DNA of 64,000 nt from NCBI GenBank assembly GCA_945873815.1, contig CAMCEE010000005.1, forward strand, positions 20,235 through 84,234, written 5' to 3'. Of this stretch, positions 11,168-21,635 are shown piece after piece (the stretch's first letter is position 1; each line of letters begins with the position of its first letter). Source of the DNA: an uncultured Bacillales bacterium (GTDB lineage Bacteria > Bacillota_I > Bacilli_A > RFN20 > CAG-449). The notes below the pieces were generated by a model. The model saw only the letters and a list, made by a program, of their open reading frames with translations, had not been told where the DNA came from and made no database searches. The position numbers and the translations under genes were made by a program.

Positions 11168-11304
11168 GAATTTCGACATGAATAAACTATTCTTAATTAA
11201 TATAAACTAATCCGTTTTTTTCTTTATATACTACGCGATATTTTTTAGATAAAAGAACGCTTTAATTTTATTTATATAAAATAAAAAATAAAAAATAAAA
11301 AAAA

Positions 11305-11331
11305 TTAGCACTCTTTTGTTGACTTTGCTAA
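11305..11331 (+). promoter_or_regulatory. Imperfect CIRCE element overlapping -35 (TTGACT)
   Basis: TTAGCACTC-N9-CTTTGCTAA. Confidence 0.75.
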
Positions 11332-11350
11332 GAAATTGAATATAATATAA

Positions 11351-11377
11351 TTAGCACTGAAAGAAAAAGAGTGCTAA
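11351..11377 (+). promoter_or_regulatory. CIRCE element (HrcA operator)
   Basis: TTAGCACTG-N9-GAGTGCTAA between TATAAT and the AGGAGG RBS of hrcA. Confidence 0.95.
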
Positions 11378-11388
11378 AGGAGGCTTAA

Positions 11389-12435
11389 ATGTCATTAACA
11401 AGAAAGCATCAAATATTAAAATATATTGTAGAATATTTCATAAAGACTGCTGAACCTGTTGGAAGTAATACTCTCATTAATGAATATCATGTTCCATATA
11501 GTTCTGCAACTATAAGAAATGATATGGCTGATCTTGAAAAAGAGGGTTACATTGAAAAGACTCATACTTCTAGTGGTAGAATTCCATCTAGTAAAGGTTA
11601 CCACTTCTATATTGATTTCTTACGTGAAAAGAGTGTAGATGAAGAAGTTAAGTACCAATTAGCTAACATTTTTACGCAAAGAGAGAAGAGCGTAGATGAT
11701 GTAATCAAAGAATCTTGTGAGATTCTATCTCATATGACCAACCTTGCCTCAGTAGTTCTTGGTCCTAGTGCAAATGATGAACATTTATTATCTGTCAATA
11801 TCTATGCTTTAAGTAGTAATTCTGCAACTGCAGTATTCATTACAGATAAGGGGTATGTAGAAAATAAAACATTTGTTCTAAAGGATGAAGTGAAAGTTAA
11901 GGATTTGGAAGAATGTGTCAAATTATTAAATGATCGATTAAAAGGTGCTCCTATTAGTCAATTAGTTGAGAAAATGGAGGCATTAAAACCAATACTTAGT
12001 GATTATATTAAGAGTAATGATGCGATTTATCGAGCAATTGCTGATGCGTTAATTCGATTCAGTTCAGAAAGAGTATCAATGTTTGGACAATCAAATTTAT
12101 TGAATCAGCCAGAATTTAATGATACGGAAAAATTGAAAACATTATTAAAATTTATTGAGGATCCAGATAAATTTGCTGGAACTCTAAAAACTACTAAAAA
12201 TGGTGTTGATGTTCATATCGGTGAAGAAAATGAACATCTTGACGATGTATCTGTCGTAACTTCTGATATCAATGTTGGAGGAAGACAACTAGGAAAAATT
12301 GCTTTAGTTGGTCCAACTCGTATGGATTACGATAAGGTACTATCCGCATTAGAATACGTCATAGAGAAATTTAATGAAGTTTATGGGGCGGATGAAGGAA
12401 AGGAAGAGGAAGATGACGAAAGAAGAGCAAATTAA
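11389..12435 (+). CDS. hrcA: Heat-inducible transcription repressor HrcA
   Basis: SSATIRNDMADLE.EGYIEKTHTSSGRIPS, GPTRMDY; CIRCE upstream. Confidence 0.98.
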   Translation: MSLTRKHQILKYIVEYFIKTAEPVGSNTLINEYHVPYSSATIRNDMADLEKEGYIEKTHTSSGRIPSSKGYHFYIDFLREKSVDEEVKYQLANIFTQREKSVDDVIKESCEILSHMTNLASVVLGPSANDEHLLSVNIYALSSNSATAVFITDKGYVENKTFVLKDEVKVKDLEECVKLLNDRLKGAPISQLVEKMEALKPILSDYIKSNDAIYRAIADALIRFSSERVSMFGQSNLLNQPEFNDTEKLKTLLKFIEDPDKFAGTLKTTKNGVDVHIGEENEHLDDVSVVTSDINVGGRQLGKIALVGPTRMDYDKVLSALEYVIEKFNEVYGADEGKEEEDDERRAN

Positions 12436-12988
12436 CGAAGAAACAGAAGAAGAAAAACTTTCAAAGAAGGAAAAGAAAGGGCTCGACAAAGCAAATGAGA
12501 AGATTGCTTTATTAGAAGAAGAAGTCAAAACATGGAAGAATAAATATTATGAAGTTTATGCAGATATGGATAATCTTCGTAAGAAGATGAGTAAAGATCA
12601 AGAAATGATGTATAAATATAGAGGTCAAGGCTTCTTAGAATCCTTAATTCCAATATTTGATAACTTCTATAATTGTTTCAAATTTAAACCAGAAGATCCT
12701 ATGCTAAAAGCATATTGTCAAGGATTCGAAATGATTTACAATCAAATGGTTAACGCTATTGAAAGTGAAGGCGTTAAGGAATTTCTTCCTGAGATAGGAA
12801 GCAAATTTGATTCTTCATCTATGCATGCTGTTGACGTAGTTGAAGGAGAAGAAGATGACGTTGTTACTAACGTTGTTACAAAAGGCTATTTCTTAAAGGA
12901 TAGACTTGTAAGAGCAGCAGGGGTTGTTGTTTCTAAGAAAGCAAAACCTCAAGAAGATGGTCAAGAAGATCCATCTAAAGCAAATTAA
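12413..12988 (+). CDS. grpE: Nucleotide exchange factor GrpE
   Basis: ADMDNLRK, FD...HAV, KGY.LKDRLVRAA.V.V; lies between hrcA and dnaK. Confidence 0.95.
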   Translation: MTKEEQINEETEEEKLSKKEKKGLDKANEKIALLEEEVKTWKNKYYEVYADMDNLRKKMSKDQEMMYKYRGQGFLESLIPIFDNFYNCFKFKPEDPMLKAYCQGFEMIYNQMVNAIESEGVKEFLPEIGSKFDSSSMHAVDVVEGEEDDVVTNVVTKGYFLKDRLVRAAGVVVSKKAKPQEDGQEDPSKAN

Positions 12989-12993
12989 TTTGA

Positions 12994-14856
<1,863 letters not shown>

Positions 14857-14867
14857 TAGAATAAACT

Positions 14868-14892
14868 TATGGTGGGCTTATAGCCCACCATA
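14868..14892. other. Perfect GC-rich hairpin between dnaK and dnaJ (mRNA stabiliser/processing or weak terminator)
   Basis: TATGGTGGGCT-TAT-AGCCCACCATA, no T tract. Confidence 0.6.
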
Positions 14893-14918
14893 TTGTCGTA
14901 TATTAAGGAGGATGTAAT

Positions 14919-16076
14919 ATGGCATCTAAAAGAGATTATTACGAAACTTTGGAATTAACAAAAGGTGCTAGTGCAGATCAAATTAAAGCCAATTATCGTA
15001 AACTTGCTAAAAAATATCACCCAGATTTAAATAAGGAGCCTGGTGCAGAAGAAAAATTCAAAGAAGTGCAAGAAGCTTATGATGTTCTTTCTGATGACCA
15101 AAAAAGAGCTGCTTATGATCAATATGGGTTTGCTGCTTTTGATCAAAATGGAAATCAACAAGGTGCTGGTGGTTTTGGTGGCTTTGGTGGATTCAATGGT
15201 TCATTCCAAGACGTTGATTTAGGCGATATATTTAGTTCTTTCTTTGGTGGAGGAACTTCTAGAAGAAGACAATCAAATGGTCCTCAAAGAGGTAATGATC
15301 GTCTACTTAATGTTAAAATCAATTTCATGGATGCGATTAAAGGTAAAAAAATTGAACTTAATGTAACTATGGATGAAACATGTACTTCTTGTAATGGTTC
15401 TGGTGCAAAATCTCCAAATGATATTAAAACATGTAGTCAATGTCATGGTACAGGATATCAAACAAAGAGAATGCAATCAATTTTTGGAATGATTCAAGAA
15501 ACTCAAACTACTTGTACAGCATGTGGTGGTAATGGTAAAACTATTACGAATCGTTGCCCAAACTGTGCTGGTAAAGGTTTTATTAGAACTAAGAAAACTG
15601 TTGATGTCAATATACCAGCTGGTATTAATAATGGTCAACAAATTAGAGTTGCTGGTAAGGGTGAAAGAGGTATAAATGGAGGACCAAATGGCGATCTTTA
15701 TATCGAAGTAGTTGTCGAAAAAGATAAACTCTTTAGAAGAGAAGGAAACGATATTCATATCGATATTGACATGAATATGGTTGATGCAGCCTTAGGATGT
15801 ATCATTGATGTTCCTACTGTATATGGTTCGGTCGAAATGAAGATACCAGAAGGTAGTCAAAATGGACAAATTTTGAAGCTAAAAGGTAAGGGCGTAAAGG
15901 ACATTAGAAATCCGCAATTGTTTGGTGATCAATACGTTCATATAACTGTTTCTACACCGACAAAAATGACACAAGAACAAAGAGATCTTTTACAAAAATT
16001 TCAAGCAATTGAAGAAGAAAAAAAAGGAAAAAATGAGTCATTTTTCGATAAATTAAAGAAAAAAATGAAAAAATAA
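14919..16076 (+). CDS. dnaJ: Chaperone DnaJ
   Basis: J domain with HPD, G/F-rich linker, four CxxCxGxG repeats. Confidence 0.99.
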   Translation: MASKRDYYETLELTKGASADQIKANYRKLAKKYHPDLNKEPGAEEKFKEVQEAYDVLSDDQKRAAYDQYGFAAFDQNGNQQGAGGFGGFGGFNGSFQDVDLGDIFSSFFGGGTSRRRQSNGPQRGNDRLLNVKINFMDAIKGKKIELNVTMDETCTSCNGSGAKSPNDIKTCSQCHGTGYQTKRMQSIFGMIQETQTTCTACGGNGKTITNRCPNCAGKGFIRTKKTVDVNIPAGINNGQQIRVAGKGERGINGGPNGDLYIEVVVEKDKLFRREGNDIHIDIDMNMVDAALGCIIDVPTVYGSVEMKIPEGSQNGQILKLKGKGVKDIRNPQLFGDQYVHITVSTPTKMTQEQRDLLQKFQAIEEEKKGKNESFFDKLKKKMKK

Positions 16077-16084
16077 TTTCGATG

Positions 16085-16114
16085 AATCCACGTTGCTTTT
16101 CGTGGATTTTTTTT
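16085..16114 (+). terminator. Intrinsic terminator after dnaJ
   Basis: AATCCACG-N8-CGTGGATT followed by a T run. Confidence 0.8.
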
Positions 16115-16246
16115 ATACAAAAATTATTGTATAAACGCCTAAAAATTGGGGGAAAAAATTACAATTTCACAAATGATGTTTAAAATATTCATTTATTTAC
16201 AAAATATTCCTATCAATGTAGTTGATTTCCATTTGCTTTTTTTGTG

Positions 16247-16275
16247 TTGGAAATCTATACAATATATTGTATAAT
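16247..16275 (+). promoter_or_regulatory. Putative sigma-A promoter of the 34 kb cluster with overlapping palindrome
   Basis: TTGGAA-17 bp-TATAAT; perfect palindrome TATACAATATATTGTATA at 16256-16273. Confidence 0.55.
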
Positions 16276-16319
16276 TGTGATATAGATATATTCAGAAATC
16301 TTTATAGGGGTATAAGATT

Positions 16320-19300
16320 ATGTTAAAACATGAAAAAATAATTAGAAGAATGTCATTAAAAGACAAAATAACTTTTTTGTTTAGTAGTTTGAAATTTAGA
16401 AATTCAGAATTAGAAGATTTTGAATTTCCACTTTTTAATATTTCAGATGAAGTTTCTTTTGTTAATAAGGACCAAACAAAACTTGTTTTATCAAATAAAG
16501 CAATTGCAAGTACATGGAATAAAAATACATTTAACGATGTTTATATGCAAGTTTCGAAAAATTTACTTACAAATGGAATTCTTCAAATTTTCAGTATTGA
16601 TGGTAATGTTCAAAATAATAATATTTCTGAAGACTTTTTCTTGAACTTACAACTTCAAAAAGAAGGAATTAAAGTATTAAGAAAAAATAAAAGTTTAACT
16701 TGTTTATCCCTTATCGATTACAAACCTGACTTAAATAAAGATTTCGAAACATCATCTTCTATTTTTGAATCAATATTTAAATCTACTGGAGTAGATGCTG
16801 TTCTAGTTTCAACAGTTGATGATTATAAAGATGTCAAAAACAAAGTGAATTTTGATGGATATTTTTTCGGTTATACTAATTCAATTAAAGAAGCAATTAA
16901 ATTTTTAAATGCTGGTAGTGTTGTTACTTTTATTGATGATATCGACGAAGAAGATCTTCAAAGAGAAATCGTTCAAGCGATGAATGAGTATGCATATAGT
17001 TCAAAAGGCTTAAAGGATGAAATGATTACTAAGGAAACCTTCAAGATGAGAATTGATGAAGGAGAGATCACTTCGATTGATATTATTGATAAAGCATGTA
17101 ATCAACTTATTGAATTGTTCGTTGAATTATCAAGAAGAAATGGTGATGATTGCATCAATAATAACGTTAGCAGTTTTACATCATTCAACAAACATGTTGC
17201 ACTTGAAGATTGTGCAGAACAATCAGTCATTCTTCTTAAAAATGATGAATCTATTCTTCCTTTAAAACATAAAACTAGAGTTGCGATTCTAGGTGATGCA
17301 ATCAATCAAAACTATAGTACCTTTGCAAAAGAGAAGAATCCTCTTGATTATATTAAAAAATGCGAAGAATTAGTTTCTATTGGTTACGCCCAAGGATATA
17401 TGCTTAACCATCCTACTGATGCTATTTTAGTTAATGATGCATATAATTTAGCAATTTCTGCAGATGTATCAATCGTTTATCTTTCAATTGATAAAAATGG
17501 ACGTGTACCTGCAAATCAATTAACTTTACTTAACACTTTGAAGAAAAATGGAATTAAAATTATCGGTGTATTAAATAATCCAGAAACTAAAGATTTCAGT
17601 TACGTAGATTATTGCGATGCAGCTATTTTCTCATATTATGAACGTAATTCAAATGCAAAAGCGGTTCTTGATGTAATCATTGGAGAAATTAATCCTTCTG
17701 GTAAATTAGTTGAAACCGTATTAGTTGGTGAAAAACCTAATGATGGAGAGATTGTACCTCTTTATTCTCGTAACCTAGAATACAAATTTCCATTTGGCTA
17801 TGGCTTAAGTTATACATCTTTTGAATATTCTAATCTTGAAGTTGATGAAAAAGGTGTTAGGTTTACTGTAATGAATATTGGTAATAGCGCAGGATATACA
17901 ACTCCTCAATTATATATTCAATGCAAGGATTCTAAACATGCGTTAAGAAATAAACTTTTAAGAGGCTTTGATAAGGTTTATTTAAGAAAAGGTGAAGCAA
18001 CAAAAGTTTTCATTCCATTTACTGAAAATACTTTCAGATATTATAATGCTGAAAAGAAATTATATGGAGTAGAAAAAGGGGAATATCATATTTCTATTGG
18101 TGAATCCTATGCAGATACTAAATTAGAAAAGAACATTTTCTTAGAGGATTATCTATATGGCGATGAAACTTATAGAAGTATTAGAGATGTTAATTTTAAC
18201 AATGTTGATAATCAATATGAAGAATTTATGGAAATTAATGATGGAAGTGAAATCGTTATTAAAGATAAATTTTCTAAGAAAACTAGACTCGCAATTACTG
18301 GTGCAGTAGCAGCATTATTTGTTCTATGTGATGTTTTTGTACTTGTAAGTTATTGGATTTCCTTTGGATTAAAACTTGATGCTTTTTCTAGTGTGATGCT
18401 CGTTCTTATCCTTTTAATTCTTTTACTTGCAACTGTTTTTGTTGTATATTTCGTTAAGCAAAAAGAAGTCATTGTCAATGATGATGTGAATGGTACTCTT
18501 ACAGAAATTGTGGAAGAAGTTAATGAGTTCTATACCGAAACTAAAGAGGTATATGCAACTTATGTTCCTCCAGTTGAAGAAGAGGAAATTGTTAAAGAAA
18601 TTTCTGAAAATCCAGAATATGAAGAAACAGTCGAACAAGAAACAAAAGAAGAAATCGAAAGAAAGTATGTTGCAAATTACGAATCGAAAGATACTTCTAT
18701 TACATTTAATGATTATAATTCAATTGAGGAATTATGTTCTCAATTTATGACATATACTCGATCAAAGGGTGTTGCAATTGAAATCGAATCTGCAAGAAGA
18801 TTATGGAGTGCTGTTCTATCTTCAAAACTTGTATTTTTATCTTCTAACGACAATGAATTATTAAACGTCGTTATTCAATGTTTGATTGAATATTTAGGCT
18901 CAAATACATTCATTCAAGAAGCATCGAATAGATGGAAGAAAACTAAAGATACTTTATGGAAGAAAACTAGAGTTGAATTCTTACCAACTAATTTTGCTAA
19001 TTCATTAAATAATGCATGTAATTCGAAGGAATGTTTGAATATTGTTCCTTTAGTTAATGTTAGAATTGAGAATTTATTCTATTATTTTAACGATTTTATT
19101 GAAAATGCAAATAATCCATTATCAGAGATTAAGATTGAATTGAATGAGAATGAGACGATTATTCTTCCTAAAAATATCTGTTATATCTTAGTTCCTGCAG
19201 ATCCTAGTTTCTATGATAATTTACCATATTATATCTCCAATATTTCATTTGAAGTTAATTTGATTCTTGAAAAGATTGAACCAGAAGAAGCAATGGATAT

Positions 19301-20129
19301 TAAACATATTTCATATAAGAATTTACTTGAGATTATTTCAAGTGGAAAAGAAAAATTCTTTATGAGTGAAAGCAAATGGAAAAATTTCGATGAATTCGAA
19401 GATGCAGTTTCAAAAACCGATAATTTCGTTATTGGCAATAAAGCGACATTACAAATCGAAAGCTTCGTTTCTTGTTATTTAGAATGTGGTGGAGATGTCA
19501 ATGACATTAATGATGTTATCTTTGTCACAAAGATTATTCCAATGATGAAATCTACTTCATTATATAAGAATGAAACAGGAGAAAAAGATCTTGTATCATT
19601 AATTCAAAATGTCTTTGAAAACGATGATATGACTTCAAGTATTAAAGCATGTAAGAGAATTGAGATGGTTACTCCTTTTGAGGTACCAGATGAAAGCGAC
19701 GAAAGCGAAGAAAACTATGAAGAAGCTAAAGAAGCACCAATTGATTTAGTAATTTCAAATGATGATAAATTATCCATTGAAATAAGTAATGTAATTGATG
19801 ATGGTACGAATGTAGAAAATAAAGAAACAACAGAAGACGTTGAAGTTATTGAAAATTCGATTATAGAAAATAAAGAGGAAGAAAAGATTTCTGAATTAGA
19901 AGAAATTAGTGAAGATACTCCAAAAGAAGAACCTGAATCTAATCAAGAAAAACCAAAAACAAAAACGAAAAAAGAACCAAAGAAAACAACACGTAAATCA
20001 AAAAAGGATGTAGATACAAAAGATGATGATAAAAAAGTAGTTGAAGAAGCTAAGTTAGAAGAAGCATCAAATATAGATAATTCTTCTATTATCGAAAAGA
20101 AAACTACAAATGAGGAGGGTGATGCATAA
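16320..20129 (+). CDS. Fusion: degenerate GH3 beta-glucosidase (N, C and Fn3-like domains) + 2 TM + inactive McrB-like AAA+ domain + acidic/Lys-rich tail
   Basis: GH3 motifs SVILLKNDESILPL, NPSGKL, FPFGYGLSYTSFEYSNL, LRGFDKVYL; TM pair at ~18290-18455; downstream segment is collinear with the adjacent AAA domain but lacks Walker A/B. Confidence 0.8.
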   Translation: MLKHEKIIRRMSLKDKITFLFSSLKFRNSELEDFEFPLFNISDEVSFVNKDQTKLVLSNKAIASTWNKNTFNDVYMQVSKNLLTNGILQIFSIDGNVQNNNISEDFFLNLQLQKEGIKVLRKNKSLTCLSLIDYKPDLNKDFETSSSIFESIFKSTGVDAVLVSTVDDYKDVKNKVNFDGYFFGYTNSIKEAIKFLNAGSVVTFIDDIDEEDLQREIVQAMNEYAYSSKGLKDEMITKETFKMRIDEGEITSIDIIDKACNQLIELFVELSRRNGDDCINNNVSSFTSFNKHVALEDCAEQSVILLKNDESILPLKHKTRVAILGDAINQNYSTFAKEKNPLDYIKKCEELVSIGYAQGYMLNHPTDAILVNDAYNLAISADVSIVYLSIDKNGRVPANQLTLLNTLKKNGIKIIGVLNNPETKDFSYVDYCDAAIFSYYERNSNAKAVLDVIIGEINPSGKLVETVLVGEKPNDGEIVPLYSRNLEYKFPFGYGLSYTSFEYSNLEVDEKGVRFTVMNIGNSAGYTTPQLYIQCKDSKHALRNKLLRGFDKVYLRKGEATKVFIPFTENTFRYYNAEKKLYGVEKGEYHISIGESYADTKLEKNIFLEDYLYGDETYRSIRDVNFNNVDNQYEEFMEINDGSEIVIKDKFSKKTRLAITGAVAALFVLCDVFVLVSYWISFGLKLDAFSSVMLVLILLILLLATVFVVYFVKQKEVIVNDDVNGTLTEIVEEVNEFYTETKEVYATYVPPVEEEEIVKEISENPEYEETVEQETKEEIERKYVANYESKDTSITFNDYNSIEELCSQFMTYTRSKGVAIEIESARRLWSAVLSSKLVFLSSNDNELLNVVIQCLIEYLGSNTFIQEASNRWKKTKDTLWKKTRVEFLPTNFANSLNNACNSKECLNIVPLVNVRIENLFYYFNDFIENANNPLSEIKIELNENETIILPKNICYILVPADPSFYDNLPYYISNISFEVNLILEKIEPEEAMDIKHISYKNLLEIISSGKEKFFMSESKWKNFDEFEDAVSKTDNFVIGNKATLQIESFVSCYLECGGDVNDINDVIFVTKIIPMMKSTSLYKNETGEKDLVSLIQNVFENDDMTSSIKACKRIEMVTPFEVPDESDESEENYEEAKEAPIDLVISNDDKLSIEISNVIDDGTNVENKETTEDVEVIENSIIENKEEEKISELEEISEDTPKEEPESNQEKPKTKTKKEPKKTTRKSKKDVDTKDDDKKVVEEAKLEEASNIDNSSIIEKKTTNEEGDA

Positions 20130-21616
20130 TGATTAATGCTTTAGAAGCATCTTCTCCAATTGAAAGAGTATTTGAAAACATTTGGGATACATTATCTAGT
20201 AGAACAGCAATCATATTTTATGTTGTTATTATCGCAATATGTGTTATTATCCTTATCTTTCAAATATTAAAGGGTGAGCAAAAAAGAGAAGAAATCCTTA
20301 CGTATAGAGATAAGAATTTAAAGGATATTGAAAAAGAAAATTTTGCTGAAGGATTTGCAAAAAAAGAAATGAATGATAATCCTTTTGGAACATCGAATAG
20401 TTCAATTGCTTCGACAATTATTTCTAGCGATTCATCGATAAGTATTAATAAAGCCTCATCAAGAGGAGATTTAGGATCAACTCATTCTAGTGATAGTGAT
20501 GGAAATGAAGATGATATCATCAATAGTGAAGATGGCTCATCTAGATTCTATATGTTATCTCAAATCGATCAAAAAATGGAATTTAAAACTCCTGTTAAAT
20601 ATGATAAATCGATGAATTTAAAAGAGATTTGCGATGATTTTAGAAACTTCGCTTGCAATAGATTGAAACTCTATTACGATATTGAAGATATTAGAAGATT
20701 CATCGGTGGATTATCCGTTACAAAACTTATCATCCTTCAAGGTATGTCAGGTACTGGTAAAACTTCCTTAGCTTATGCTTTTGGTGAATATCTAGATAAT
20801 AAAACAACCGTTATCCCTATTCAACCGATGTGGAAAGAAAGAACGGATTTAATTGGGTATTATAATGAATTCACAAAGAAGTTCAATGAGACGACCTTAT
20901 TATATAAGATGTATGAAGCTAATTATAATGATGATATTTATATTACCGTATTAGATGAAATGAATATCGCAAGAGTTGAATACTATTTTGCAGAATTCCT
21001 ATCACTTTTGGAATTACCAAATCCAGATGGAAGAAACCTCGATGTAGTTGCAGATAAATGGAGCAATGATCCTAAGTTACTACGAGAAGGAAAATTGAGA
21101 TTGCCGATCAATATGTGGTTTATTGGAACTGCGAATAACGATGACTCTACATTTGCAATTTCCGATAAGGTATACGATAGAGCAATGGTATTAAATCTTG
21201 ATAAGAAGGCAGTACCATTTGAAGCACCTTATGTAGAATCAAAGAGGATTTCATCAAGTTACTTATATCAATTGATGAATGATGCACAAAAGGAATATTC
21301 AATATCTGATCGTAATTTAAGAAGAATTAGGGAATTAGATAAATTCATGATCGAGAAATTCCATTTAACATTTGGTAACCGTATTATGAAACAAATTAGA
21401 GTATACGTTCCAGTGTTAGTCGCATGTGGAGGAACGGAATTAGAGGCAATCGATGATATACTTGCAAGAAAAGTATTTAGGAAATTGGAATCTAAGAATC
21501 CAGTATATGTAAAACAAATGGCAGAATCTGTATGTTCGTATCTAGATGAATTATTTGGAACAGATAAATTGCCATTATGTAAAGAAGTTATTAGGCTTAT
21601 CGAACAAAATGTTTAA
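20129..21616 (+). CDS. Membrane-anchored McrB-like AAA+ NTPase (copy 1)
   Basis: N-terminal TM, Ser-rich linker, Walker A GMSGTGKT, Walker B VLDEMN, ARVEYYFAEFLS, GTANNDDST (NxD), KVYDRA. Confidence 0.85.
   Translation: MINALEASSPIERVFENIWDTLSSRTAIIFYVVIIAICVIILIFQILKGEQKREEILTYRDKNLKDIEKENFAEGFAKKEMNDNPFGTSNSSIASTIISSDSSISINKASSRGDLGSTHSSDSDGNEDDIINSEDGSSRFYMLSQIDQKMEFKTPVKYDKSMNLKEICDDFRNFACNRLKLYYDIEDIRRFIGGLSVTKLIILQGMSGTGKTSLAYAFGEYLDNKTTVIPIQPMWKERTDLIGYYNEFTKKFNETTLLYKMYEANYNDDIYITVLDEMNIARVEYYFAEFLSLLELPNPDGRNLDVVADKWSNDPKLLREGKLRLPINMWFIGTANNDDSTFAISDKVYDRAMVLNLDKKAVPFEAPYVESKRISSSYLYQLMNDAQKEYSISDRNLRRIRELDKFMIEKFHLTFGNRIMKQIRVYVPVLVACGGTELEAIDDILARKVFRKLESKNPVYVKQMAESVCSYLDELFGTDKLPLCKEVIRLIEQNV
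20510..21616 (+). repeat. ~1.1 kb direct repeat, copy 1 (AAA domain coding sequence)
   Basis: Matches 24148-25254 at offset 3638; by eye, only a few synonymous differences near the ends. Confidence 0.95.
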
Positions 21617-21635
21617 TTAAAGAAAAGGAAAGACA

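Noticed and set aside
16320..18200. Active beta-glucosidase
   Set aside because: Nucleophile SDW and KH motifs are not present, and there are no sugar-utilisation neighbours
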